A DNA stretch of 64,000 nt, taken from assembly GCA_900617105.1 (NCBI GenBank), contig UYFQ01000621.1, forward strand, positions 1 through 64,000. The letters are read 5' to 3'. The DNA is from Hydrurus foetidus (Eukaryota). Shown one piece after another: positions 12,575 through 25,501 of this stretch. The notes beneath the pieces were generated by a model. The model worked only from the letters and a program-made list of their open reading frames with translations, was not told the origin of the DNA and did not search any database. How positions within the stretch are numbered: position 1 is the first letter of the stretch; every line of letters starts with the position of its first letter. The translations under genes and the position numbers were made by a program.

Positions 12575-15500
12575 ATGGGTGACGGTACTCAAATTGGAGC
12601 TATCGCAGTAAAATCATCAGAAGCGGAAATCGTGGCGCAAAATGCCTTGAAAGGCTTGCAGATTCTTTGTAAGTCGCAAAGAGAAAAGAGCGGGCATTTG
12701 CTTAGAACCTGAGCACGTATTCTGTTCGCCGAATGTGGTAATGATGCACTACTGAATGCTGCATAGAAATCAGCCGTGATCATATCACTGTTGGTAATGG
12801 GGAGCATTCTCTCATTTGGTCGGATAAAGAGGATTCGAATAGAAAATCTTCGAACTGCTGTCAAACAAAAAGCGGCAAGAAGGAGAAATTCATTGGCGTA
12901 TAACATCGAGATGTATGTTCAGCTGGAGGGTGGAGACACAGATGAACTCCTGCGTGAGATAGAGGCAACGATTCGACACAATGCACCTGAAGCGAAGGGA
13001 TTAGATAAAGTGAGGAAGGTTCCTCATACCACGAAGACTGGAAATGATATTCTTCACGGCAGTATGAGAGAGCTGAAGACACAGGTCATATTGCACTTCG
13101 AAGATATCAATAGAAGATACAAAGATCCGAGTCACTTCGGAAATACTTTGCTGCATTTCATTTGTCAAGAGGTATATTTATTCTCTATCACTTATTTTGG
13201 TATCAGCGTCTTTTCTACTCTTCGATAAATGTATTACGAGGAGCACTGCATAGGGTCCAGAAAAGGTTAATTACGTATGTGCCCTGCTCTTCCTTCTAAA
13301 GTCATACTGTCAAAGTCACAACTAAACAGGAATATGTATCATATTTCTGTTCTCGAAAATGACCAGTGAGAAGAACGGTTTTCACTCAATATTCGTCAGA
13401 TTTGATTCAAGATAACCTAAAATTTGACTTCGATAATGTATGAACTACATGCTTGGTAGATTAGAATCGCACCACTTGGATTAGAATGGAGATTTTGTTC
13501 TGGACTTGTGATGATTAAGATGAACAACGTCTTGAAAATGTAACTGCAGAGTACAATTATTTATTATTCCTCCTTTCAAATAAATTTAAATTATTATCAA
13601 CTATACATATATCCCTCATCAAAAAAGAATATTCTGAAATATTCGTACGTAGGTTTTTTTGCTTTTGTCAACACTATTGGCAAATCATAATCATTGGCAT
13701 GATTATTTGCACAATCATTGTTTATATAATGTAATCATTATTATTATCATCACAATCATTATTATCAATATCATAATCATAATCAGTAACTAACATCACC
13801 ATTGTACATTCATCAAAATCACATAATTAACATAATAAACATAACAACAATTATGATCATTTACTTCGATATCAGGGCTTTTTATTGATGTTACAATTCA
13901 TCACAAATCCGAAAAGCAGACCGGTCAAAGATCACCATCTCATGTAAGTATTTCACGTAAGATTTAAAAATGTGTACGCATCTAAAGTAAGATAAGATGT
14001 TGCCTCTTCACAGAGTCAACTTAGAGCCGCACCTTCTCTTTCTACATCGAACCCCCATTCTATGCTCATTTTTCTTTTGTAATTCTTTTTATGTTCACTT
14101 TTATTTTTCTTATTTTCGATTTTGTGAATTTTTGTATATTTTCCTTTTCGATTAAGTTATATATTAAGTTTTGCAAAGAAACGGGGGTTTCGATTTAGTT
14201 TAGATTTAGCTTAAATTGTCTTAGAAATTAAGATAAGTGGGGGTAATGTGATAGTACCGGGACCAAGGTCCCGATCCTACCGGGTACCGACTCGACCGGA
14301 TCCTACCGCAATTTGTTGCGGTTTTACTGTTTTGAATTGCAGATTTAATACAGGAGAAATTACCTTATTAAATATACCTTGTACGAGTAAAAGAATTTTT
14401 CTGCCTTATTCGGTCATGCATTCAGTGAAATCAAAATATTCATGAAAATATCGAACATCTATTGATTATTTTCCTTGCTGCTTCTGACACATAAAAACGA
14501 GTCAGTGATAATCGTGTGAGTGATTTTAATGATTTCAGATCAATTCTCTAACGGATTAATGGGCATTCTGATGCAATAGAAATTGACGAATGATGGTACC
14601 AGTTATCTTCGATACTTGACAGTAATAACATCAACTAATAGAATATCTTAATTACCATCTAATTTTCTAGATTGGATCTAAACGCCTTAAACAGCAATGA
14701 TCGTTCTCCTCTCATGCTTTGCTTCACTCCGCCTGTTGCTACTTTTCTAGCTCAAAGATATGGCATAGGTAACTTAGCTCTGACTCCACTACCATATTCA
14801 CCATTGTATTTTCACTGAATTTTGACCACATTTTCTGCAGTACTGTACTTTGGTAGATTTTTAGTATTGATTTTATTTTATCATCGGATTTAAATTATCG
14901 ATATGGTATAGGCAATTCATCACTGACTCCTCTACTATATTTTTCATCATATTTCAATTTTTCAAAGATTTCTGATGTATCAGATTCTATTTCATTTTAT
15001 CACCGGAAGGTGCCCAGCAAGTAGGATGAAATAGAAGTGAAATTTTCCTCCCGCCCCCTCTCCGCTATCTTTTCTATTCTTCGAACTCCTTTCCTATCTC
15101 TTCCTGTTTCTCATTCCTTCTTATTTCTCCTCTCCTTTCTTTTCTATTCTAAGGTCCAGATGGTTTGCCTAAAGTGGTGCACACACAAGAAACCGATGGC
15201 TCCAATGGAACAATAAAAATGTATGCTGACTGGATTTTCCCTGGAGGCGAAAAAGAGAGGTAGTGCAAAGTAGTGCAGAGTAGAGTACTGTAGTGTAATG
15301 CAAGGAAGTGTGGTGTAGTCTAGTCTGGTCTAGCGTGTTGTAGTGTAGTGTGTTGTAGTCTAGTGTAGTGCAGTGTAGTGCAGTGCAGTGCAGTGCAGTG
15401 CAGTGCAGTGTAGTGTAGTGTAGTGTAGTGTAGTGTAGTGTAGTGTAGTGTAGTGCAGTGCAGCGCAGTGCAGTGCAGTGTAGTGTAGTGTAGTGTGGTA

Positions 15501-17503
15501 TAGTATGGTGGAGTTGAGTTGATTGCAGTGGAGTGGGGTGCGATGTGGGGCAGTGGAGTGCCGTTCAAAACATGCAGAAGATGTTCGATGCGTAGCACTT
15601 GAAGAAATCAAAACATCTTATTTTGATGCATGAATCGTTATTGGCACGACAGTGATACCAAACCAGTGAGAATCTAGTAAACAATGATCTACACCCAGCC
15701 AAATTTCATGATTATCAATGCTTCGTTATCATCGCTATGCTAGGGATGTTTTGCATCGATACCTCCACTCGATCTCTCTTCATGCAATGTTTAAAAGAAT
15801 TTCCCAAATTTATTTTCTTAATTCAATGTATTAGGAAACAGATAATTTCAATTTTAATCAATCTCGGAGCAGACGTCACACTATTGGATTTTCACTCCTT
15901 CACTGCTTTGCACTATGCATGTATCAACAACTGGGGAGAAAGTATCGAGTTGTTGATTAATCATGGTGCAGATGTTAATGTTATGACAACTCATTGTCGT
16001 TCGTCCCTCATGGTACGTACGTTCATGAAGCTCTTTTTATCTGTTTTATTTCATTGCGTTCTGTTTCATATTCCTTGCTATTTTTGTTTCATTTCAGTCC
16101 ATTCCATTCTATTCTATTATTCTATTTTATTCTGTTTTCTTGAAATTGCATACTTATTTTTTCTAATATCATGATAGCACCCTAGTTTTATTTCGTGTGG
16201 TTGAGTGAAAATTTGTATATCGACTTGTGTACTATTCTTCATACTGTATATGCATGCTGCGCATGTATTGAATTTACATGGTTGTAAATATTATACTAAT
16301 TATAAGATACTAATCTTAGGAAGGATGTAACATTAATTGCCGTATTATTTTAATGATTCGTTTGGAACAATCGATGATTGTAATAATTTTATTATTGATT
16401 CTCTGCTACTAGAAAAAAGAAAAATCGTAATTGAGTCCTACACTTTCTCCGCATTTTCTTCGATTCTCGTTATTAATTTGGTATTTTTCCAACAAAACAA
16501 ATATAGTACGCCGTTCAGTACATAAACGAGCTTGCCGTGGCGACTATTTTAGATCTAACTTGCACCCCTAAAAAGAAAGAAAAAGACGAGACTAGATTAG
16601 GACAGTTGTTGCTCATTGATTCCGCCGACATAGAGGGCCAGACAGGTATACTAAATATATTAAATAAATATACCAAACAAATATGCTAAATAATTTCATC
16701 AAATATTGTACTATTATGATTGTTTTTTATTTGACAATATCACGACTTGTTAATTCATTCATTAGCAAAAATTATGATGACGTAATTCATATTGGAAGAT
16801 ATAACAACACACACTAAGTGTAATACTATTGAAATAATGTTCCGTATAAATGCCTAATTAAAAGTTAAAAATTACGATATTAAACTATTTGCTACATACA
16901 ATCATCTATGCATTGATCATTATAAATCTCACATAGCTTAAGAAACATGATCAACAATAGAAAGTTGTATTCTTATTTCTTTAAACGTAGTCCCCACAAA
17001 GTGACTCTTATCCGGCTAAATTTAACCGGTTATTCTGTTCCGGTATAATCATGGAGTTAGTCAGTATACAAAATCAACCAATTTATGGAGCACTAAATCT
17101 CCTTTTGTTCATACTAAACAGCCCTAACTATTGCGCTGGAACACGGAGAAGAAGGAATGGTTATTTTTAAAATGCTATTGGAGGTTTGAAGAAAACGCAT
17201 CTGTTTTTAATTAGATTAAATGGTGTGTCTGCACAATGCTTAGTGTAATGTGTGTACTGTGTGTGTTGTGTGTATGTGTTTACACAAATATGGTGTGAGA
17301 TGTATTATACGTATATGTGTGTGTGTATGTGTGTGTGTGAGCGTGTGCTTATGTACGTATGTATGTATGAATGTATATATGTGTGAGTGTGTGTGAATGT
17401 GAGTGTGTATGTATGCATGTATGTATGTATGTTGTGTGTGTGTGTGTGTGAGTGATTGAGTGTGTGTGTGTGTGTGAGTGTGTGCGTGTGTGTGTGAGTG
17501 ATT

Positions 17504-17539
<36 letters not shown>

Positions 17540-19782
17540 ATACCTTTATGAGATATTACGAATCACAATATGAGTGTTTATTAGCTACGATTCATTCGCA
17601 TTTCTTTTTTTTATTCATATTTCAACGTGAAAGTTACACCTGTTGTATTCATCATTATCTAATCGATCGAAATCTTTTATACTACTTTCATCCGATTAAC
17701 CGATTACCATCTAATTTTATGAATAATTATCAAATTAGGCGGGAGCGGATCCGGATGGAGAAGTAGTACTGTACGGCACACGTACGCACGATATCACCAG
17801 TCCATTGCTCTTGGCATGCACGAACAACAATGCAGATCAGGTGAGTACGTGTGTGTATAGTGTGTGTGTGAGAGTGGGGGTGAGAGAGAGAGTGTGTGTG
17901 TGTGTGTGTGTGTGTGAGTGAGTGAGTGAGTGTATGTGTATGTGTGTGTGTGTGTTCAGTGGGGTGAGGGGGGATGAGGGAGGAGTGGAGATCAAAGTGT
18001 CTTCACGCACCAGTATGCAGTGTTAAGTGTAGGGAGAATCAGTTGGTGGGAATAGATGCTATTTCATTTTTTAATTTACGATTCTATTGTTAACTTCCAA
18101 CCAATCAGACCAGTGACTTGTAAACCTTTCAAAAAAAGATCAGCAATAATTTATTTTGATGCGAAAAAACAGGTTTTGCTGCTACTTCATTTTAAAGCGA
18201 CAAAAAATGAAGAAGCGTTGGCTTTGTTATCGGTAAGATTTGACAAGTTTCATGAAGCATAATTGAGCTAAAATGATATCAACTAATTAAAAATATTGGG
18301 GAGTGATGATATGAATATGAATGAAGAAAAAAAGATGAAAAATGAGTGAAATGTGTGAAGAACATCACCTACAAGTTATTCAGGATTAGCGATAAATAGG
18401 AATGAAAGAAATGATTCTGTAATATCGACTTACTTTTATATTTATTACCATTCTCTTTTGATGTGTATTCATTATTTAATTTTTATAATTTGCTCGAATA
18501 CTGACTCATTTTTTTTAGTTTTTATTTGCCATTTATTTTTTCTTATTTATTTAAAATCAACACATTTATCAATTAATTTTTTTTCTTTGTATATTTATTT
18601 TTTACCGAAGGGCATAGCTGCGATTCGAGTGAAAGAATATATCGACATAGAGGAGGCCGTGCTGTTAATAGAGTACCAAAAAGTCTTGAAAGAACAACAA
18701 GCACTCATGCTGTCACAACATAAAAAAGGTATTTATGTGATGAATTGATCATATTTGTTACTGTGCCGGTCACAACTAATCGGTGCTGCAAAAATTTATT
18801 TTGCGGCATATTCGTGTTTTTGACAGCAGAATCAAAATACAGTTATTTTGACCTCTGTCAAAAACACGAAAAAACCTCCATGCAAGAATAAGTTTTCCCG
18901 TTTAGTTTTGACCAGCACAATAACATCATTTTTTCGTTCCTTTGTTTCTTTGCTGCCTTCTTTTGTTGAATATTTTTTGTATCCTGTATATTTTTGTACT
19001 CTGTATTCTGTGATTCACAGATTTTGTCCTTACTCAAGTGGGAGATGATATATATTTAATAATTCGTACCTCCACTTGAAGTCTTATCTCCAACTGTCAT
19101 TATCTGCACAACATAATTCTTTTAGAAGACCCCATTCTTTCTCTTCTCTACCCAAGTAACAAAATTTAAATATTTCAAAATGTTATTACAATAAAGGTTT
19201 TTTGTAAATTAAATTATCTATAACTCGAAACTATAGAATTGAATTGTTTTTTATTCCGGAATTGCATTTACCTGACATGATCGATATGGCTCACGATTAG
19301 AACACCTTCAAACTTTTTATTGTTTCATTTGTAAAATTTAATTTTACTGTAACACTTTTCTTGTAAAATGAATCCGTTCAAACTAAACTTGTATTTCTCC
19401 AATATGATTTATTATTTCTTTTGATTTAGGTCCCGTGAAATTAGATGCTGATGAGTATTCCTCAAGGGGATACAGAAATAAAAATCCATCTGGACTTTGG
19501 GTAGAATACCAAGACAAAAAAAACGGAAAACCCTTTTTCTATAATCTGGTATGTAGTTTGCTGTCATTATGTTCTCGACTTTTTTATATTGATTTTTCTA
19601 TCACTTTATTCCTTGCAATTTTTGATGGACACAATTTTCTCATTTACAGCATTGGATTTTTTTCTTTTGTTTTCTTTATCTACCAGGTAACTAGAAAAAG
19701 TCAAAGAAATCAACCATCCGATTTCATAGAAAACAAAGGAACGATTAAAAAAGCTGTTTATGGTCTTTCTTTTTATCATTAA
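12575..19782 (+). CDS. Ankyrin-repeat protein with C-terminal WW-like domain; 5' exon uncertain; approximate exons ~12829-13171, 13876-13943, 14671-14768, 15154-15259, 15835-16012, 16507-16645, 17122-17183, 17739-17840, 18173-18231, 18611-18728, 19430-19548, 19687-19782
   Basis: Ankyrin motifs GNTLLHFICQEG, RSPLMLC, FTALHYAC..ELLINHGADVN, GQTALTIAL..LLEAGADP, SPLLLAC; WW-like GLWVEYQDKKNGKPFFYNLVTRKSQRNQP; internal splice phases are consistent. Confidence 0.8.
15260..15535. repeat. (TAGTG/CAGTG)n pentamer microsatellite starting at an intron donor
   Basis: Direct reading; begins with the GT of the donor at 15260. Confidence 0.92.
17220..17537. repeat. (TG)n-rich intronic microsatellite; a second tract lies at 17846-17955
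   Basis: Direct reading. Confidence 0.92.
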
Positions 19783-20708
19783 TTTTTTTCTCTTTTCACT
19801 GACGTATCGAATACGAATATTACTTGATGATATTGATATTGTAGTAAACAACATTGATATTTTAAATATTAAAAATGTCTATGACAGAATGGTGATAAAT
19901 TTAATTTTAATGAAGATCATAAAATTTTTTAACCAAATTATTCAAATTCAATCCACTGCCAAATACATTTGGTAATATCTTCGTAAAAGCTAAAACAATT
20001 CTGTCGTTGTTTGTGCACTCTCTTTCTCTTTTCCATCTCGGAATTCAATTTTAAAATTCTGCTCTGCAAACCGCCCGATCCAATTCCATCTTATTCTATT
20101 TTCGACTCATTTTCATTTTACGCTACTGCGTTTGATTAGGCTTGTTTATTGTATTTTTTACATCAGATATCTATGTTATTTTCATAGTCACGATTAAAAA
20201 GGACTTTTCGGCATTTTCCGTTTCCTCAAATTGTATGTCAAGAATAAAAAGCAACAATCGCTATCTCTCAGCAGCCGTATTCGAGATTAGAAATAATTAT
20301 AAATAATTCGTGCCCATTTGATTGTCCTATTCAGATGATATGATCTATTTCTTCAACAATTGCTTGCTATTTTAATCATCATAAAATTACCATAGTAGAA
20401 ATTGAAAAATGAAGAGACATCAAATTTTGACAAAAGCTGACGGTGCACATCTCATTAAAAATTTGGCAAATAATAACATTTTAAAACTGCTGAAAAGACG
20501 AGTAAAAAAAGACGAGTAAATTAATAGAAAATGTAAAAGTCAGTAATATGAGAAGATACAAGGATCCGTCAGATTAATTTCAGACTATTTTAATGCTTTT
20601 TATTCATCCGTGCGTAAATTGATAAAAATGTAAAATGTTCAAAAAACAAAAACAAAAAAAACCTTGCAAAATCTAAACTATGGAAAGATTGCTTATGTCT
20701 GCAATACA

Positions 20709-21851
20709 TCAGCCGTCTTGGAATAAGTCTATATTGGATGATGCATCGTTATTCAAAAGTAGTGCGGCATTAGCAGTAGTACTGTATTCAGTAGGCAAAG
20801 GTAAAGGAAAGGAAGAAAACAAAGCATCCTCCAATTCTTGAGCGCTGTTGAATTCATTCCTGCACACCATGATAGGACGTTGGACTGATCGACATTTTAC
20901 AGAAGTCCAGTTTTTAATTGCACCTTTTATTCTTGAATTCGTAGAGTAATGTATGTCCTCACTTTCTCTCACTAGCGTATGCAGAATGTCTAGTAAATTT
21001 CTGTCACTGACTCTGCCTTCTATGGCGCAGAACAAAGCTACCCCGCTGTTCCATGCTCGAAGCAGCTGTTGATCCAAAGAGTTTAAAGCGCGCAGATTTT
21101 CTATCGCTCTATTTAGAGCAATGCTGACAGCAGAATTTAATATTTTCTGTAGGGTAGAAATTACTTTTACAAGTACCAATTGAGCGACATTCCATTCCGC
21201 AGGAGCTACAAGAATTTCTGACAGAGTTTCCAGATTGTCTTCGCTTTCTGAGATTAACTCTATGGTATCTGAGTTGAACGAGATTAAAAATCTTTTAACT
21301 GCTCCAACAATCGCGATTAGGTCAATCCGAGCTTCCTCACGTAATAATTCCGTCACCTTATCGGATACTGCAGTGAGAGATGCATGTACGACATTCATTC
21401 TGCTTAAGTATTCCATGAAATGCATGCTCGCGAGGTTCAACCGTTCGCCACAGAACTCGATCACAACAGCTTCAGATTCAAATAGTACTGAGACCACTTT
21501 AGAGAGGACGACAACAAACCGCTTCTCGTACTCAGGACCTATGCGCGATGGCTTCAAGCAAGGACAGTAGCCTCCGCAGACCTTTGGTGGCACTAGCAGA
21601 TTCACATATTCGTTGATAACATCGATAACCTTCGCCACGAAAACAGCTTGTAGATCGTTTGTGAGACCGAAGTCGGCAAACAGTCTCACTTTTTTGCACA
21701 TCCGCCCGCCCAAATCGATGAGCTCAAAATGAGGCATACCCCTCAATTCATTTCCAAACTGAGCTTCATAAAAAGATTGGTCTTCTTCAAGTTGAGACAG
21801 GACATCCACAAGTTTCTCGTACGACATCTGGTACGATCGCCCTCCTCGCAC
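20709..21851 (-). CDS. Hypothetical intronless, probably helical protein (about 370-420 aa); start uncertain
   Basis: 380-codon non-repetitive ORF; the frame stays open upstream to about 21963; no motif recognised. Confidence 0.6.
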   Translation of the reverse strand: MRGGRSYQMSYEKLVDVLSQLEEDQSFYEAQFGNELRGMPHFELIDLGGRMCKKVRLFADFGLTNDLQAVFVAKVIDVINEYVNLLVPPKVCGGYCPCLKPSRIGPEYEKRFVVVLSKVVSVLFESEAVVIEFCGERLNLASMHFMEYLSRMNVVHASLTAVSDKVTELLREEARIDLIAIVGAVKRFLISFNSDTIELISESEDNLETLSEILVAPAEWNVAQLVLVKVISTLQKILNSAVSIALNRAIENLRALNSLDQQLLRAWNSGVALFCAIEGRVSDRNLLDILHTLVRESEDIHYSTNSRIKGAIKNWTSVKCRSVQRPIMVCRNEFNSAQELEDALFSSFPLPLPTEYSTTANAALLLNNDASSNIDLFQDG

Positions 21852-22245
21852 AATTTTCTTGGGGACGTGTATCTCGGAGCGCTCTCTTTTGTGATTCCAT
21901 ACCCAGCTGATTTCTTCACTGCCTATACCCTCAGAGTTTACATTGAGCGATACGAATGTATTGATTCATTGATAGTTATCCCGTTATCCCAGAACACAGA
22001 ACACAGGATGGACAGGGAGAGCAAAGCAGCCGGGGGGGAGGCGTTGAACATTCTTCGGCGCGTACGTATGCTCACGTTCAGGGGCTCACATGTACGTGTA
22101 CAGCGTGTATGTACTGTACCCTCTTTAGATTGCTCTGATCTGACATACGAAACATACAGCCGAAAAAAACTCAAAACGACGACATTTTGATGATTGTCGG
22201 CCTCCGTTTCAATTCTGAATGTCGACATACTGCACAACATCGTCT

Positions 22246-25200
22246 CACAGCACAGCACAACATACAGCACAGCACAGCTCTGGCCTGCACAGCACAGCAC
22301 AGGCCTGGCACAGCACAGCACAGCACTGCACTGCCTGGCACAGCCAGCACAGCACAGGCCTGGCCACAGCCTGGCACAGCACAGCACAGCACAGCCTGGC
22401 CTGGCCTGGCCTGGCCTGGCCTGGCCTGGCCTGGCCTGGCCTGGCCTGGCCTGGCCTGGCCTGGCCTGGCTGGCCTGGCCTGGCCTGGCCTGGCCTGGCC
22501 TGGCCTGGCCTGGCCTGGCCTGGCCTGGCCTGGCCTGGCCTGGCCTGGCCTGGCCTGGCCTGGCCTGGCCTGGCCTGGCCTGGCCTGGCCTGGCCTGGCC
22601 TGGCCTGGCCTGGCCTGGCCTGGCCTGGCCTGGCCTGGCCTGGCCTGGCCTGGCCTGGCCTGGCCTGGCCTGGCCTGGCCTGGCCTGGCCTGGCCTGGCC
22701 TGGCCTGGCCTGGCCTGGCCTGGCCTGGCCTGGCCTGGCCTGGCCTGGCCTGGCCTGGCCTGGCCTGGCCTGGCCTGGCCTGGCCTGGCCTGGCCTGGCC
22801 TGGCCTGGCCTGGCCTGGCCTGGCCTGGCCTGGCCTGGCCTGGCCTGGCCTGGCCTGGCCTGGCCTGGCCTGGCCTGGCCTGGCCTGGCCTGGCCTGGCC
22901 TGGCCTGGCCTGGCCTGGCCTGGCCTGGCCTGGCCTGGCCTGGCCTGGCCTGGCCTGGCCTGGCCTGGCCTGGCCTGGCCTGGCCTGGCCTGGCCTGGCC
23001 TGGCCTGGCCTGGCCTGGCCTGGCCTGGCCTGGCTGGCCTGGCCTGGCCTGGCCTGGCCTGGCCTGGCCTGGCCTGGCCTGGCCTGGCCTGGCCTGGCCT
23101 GGCCTGGCCTGGCCTGGCCTGGCCTGGCCTGGCCTGGCCTGGCCTGGCCTGGCCTGGCCTGGCCTGGCCTGGCCTGGCCTGGCCTGGCCTGGCCTGGCCT
23201 GGCCTGGCCTGGCCTGGCCTGGCCTGGCCTGGCCTGGCCTGGCCTGGCCTGGCCTGGCCTGGCCTGGCCTGGCCTGGCCTGGCCTGGCCTGGCCTGGCCT
23301 GGCGGCCTGGCCTGGCCTGGCCTGGCCTGGCCTGGCCTGGCCTGGCCTGGCCTGGCCTGGCCTGGCCTGGCCTGGCCTGGCCTGGCCTGGCCTGGCCTGG
23401 CCTGGCCTGGCCTGGCCTGGCCTGGCCTGGCCTGGCCTGGCCTGGCCTGGCAGCCTGGCCTGGCCTGGCCTGGCCTGGCCTGGCCTGGCCTGGCCTGGCC
23501 TGGCCTGGCCCTGGCCTGGCCTGGCCTGGCCTGGCCTGGCCTGGCCTGGCCTGGCCTGGCCTGGCCTGGCCTGGCCTGGCCTGGCCTGGCCTGGCCTGGC
23601 CTGGCCTGGCCTGGCCTGGCCTGGCCTGGCCTGGCCTGGCCTGGCCTGGCCTGGCCTGGCCTGGCCTGGCCTGGCCTGGCCTGGCCTGGCCTGGCCTGGC
23701 CTGGCCTGGCCTGGCCTGGCCTGGCCTGGCCTGGCCTGGCCTGGCCTGGCCTGGCCTGGCCTGGCCTGGCCTGGCCTGGCCTGGCCTGGCCTGGCCTGCC
23801 CCTGGCCTGGCCTGGCCTGGCCTGGCCTGGCCTGGCCTGGCCTGGCCTGGCTGGCCTGGCCTGGCCTGGCCTGGCCTGGCCTGGCCTGGCCTGGCCTGGC
23901 CACACCTGGCTGGCCTGGCCTGGCCTGGCCTGGCCTGGCCTGGCCTGGCCTGGCCTGGCCTGGCCTGGCCTGGCCTGGCCTGGCCTGGCCTGGCAAGCTG
24001 GCCTGGCCTGGCCTGGCCTGGCCTGGCCTGGCCTGGCCTGGCCTGGCCTGGCCTGGCCTGGCCTGGCCTGGCCTGGCCTGGCCTGGCCTGGCCTGGCCTG
24101 GCCTGGCTGGCCTGGCCTGGCCTGGCCTGGCCTGGCCTGGCCTGGCCTGGCCTGGCCTGGCCTGGCCTGGCCTGGCCTGGCCTGGCCTGGCCTGGCCTGG
24201 CCTGGCCTGGCCTGGCCTGGCCTGGCCTGGCCTGGCCTGGCCTGGCCTGGCCTGGCCTGGCCTGGCCTGGCCTGGCCTGGCCTGGCCTGGCCTGGCCTGG
24301 CCTGGCCTGGCCTGGCCTGGCCTGGCCTGGCCTGGCCTGGCCTGGCCTGGCCTGGCCTGGCCTGGCACAGCCTGGCCTGGCCTGGCCTGGCCTGGCCTGG
24401 CCTGGCCTGGCCTGGCCTGGCCTGGCCTGGCCTGGCCTGGCCTGGCCTGGCCTGGCCTGGCCTGGCCTGGCCTGGCCTGGCCTGGCCTGGCCTGGCCTGG
24501 CCTGGCCTGGCCTGGCCTGGCCTGGCCTGGCCTGGCCTGGCCTGGCCTGGCCTGGCCTGGCCTGCCTGGCCTGGCCTGGCCTGGCCTGGCCTGGCCTGGC
24601 CTGGCCTGGCCTGGCCTGGCCTGGCCTGGCCTGGCCTGGCCTGGCCTGGCCTGGCCTGGCCTGGCCTGGCCTGGCCTGGCCTGGCCTGGCCTGGCCTGGC
24701 CTGGCCTGGCCTGGCCTGGCCTGGCCTGGCCTGGCCTGGCCTGGCCTGGCCTGGCCTGGCCTGGCCTGGCCTGGCCTGGCCTGGCCAGCCTGGCCTGGCC
24801 TGGCCAGCCTGGCCTGGCCTGGCCTGGCCTGGCCTGGCCTGGCCTGGCCTGGCCTGGCCTGGCCTGGCCTGGCCTGGCCTGGCCTGGCCTGGCCTGGCCT
24901 GGCCTGGCCTGGCCTGGCCTGGCCTGGCCTGGCCTGGCCTGGCCTGGCCTGGCCTGGCCTGGCCTGGCCTGGCCTGGCCTGGCCTGGCCTGGCCTGGCCT
25001 GGCCTGGCCTGGCCTGGCCTGGCCTGGCCTGGCCTGGCCTGGCCTGGCCTGGCCTGGCCTGGCCTGGCCTGGCCTGGCCTGGCCTGGCCTGGCCTGGCCT
25101 GGCCTGGCCTGGCCTGGCCTGGCCTGGCCTGGCCTGGCCTGGCCTGGCCTGGCCTGGCCTGGCCTGGCCTGGCCTGGCCTGGCCTGGCCTGGCCTGGCCT

Positions 25201-25501
25201 GGCCTGGCCTGGCCTGGCCTGGCCTGGCCTGGCCTGGCCTGGCCTGGCCTGGCCTGGCCTGGCCTGGCCTGGCCTGGCCTGGCCTGGCCTGGCCCAGCCT
25301 GGCCAGCCTGGCCTGGCCTGGCCTGGCCTGGCCTGGCCTGGCCTGGCCTGGCCTGCCTGGCCTGGCAGCCTGGCCTGGCCTGCACAGCACAGCACAGGCA
25401 CAGCACAGCACAACTGGCCTGCACAGCACAGGCACAGCACAGCACAGCACAGCACAGCACAGCACAGCACAGCACAGCACAGCACAGCACAGGACAGCAC
25501 A
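22246..25501. repeat. About 3.25-kb period-5 tandem array: (CCTGG)n core at ~22395-25381 flanked on both sides by (CACAG)n
   Basis: Direct reading; hybrid units CAGCC and TGGCA at the transitions and scattered in the core. Confidence 0.97.

Noticed and set aside
14250..14310. GC-rich cluster of ACCG/CCGG motifs resembling a transposon subterminus
   Set aside because: No matching second end or TSD found.
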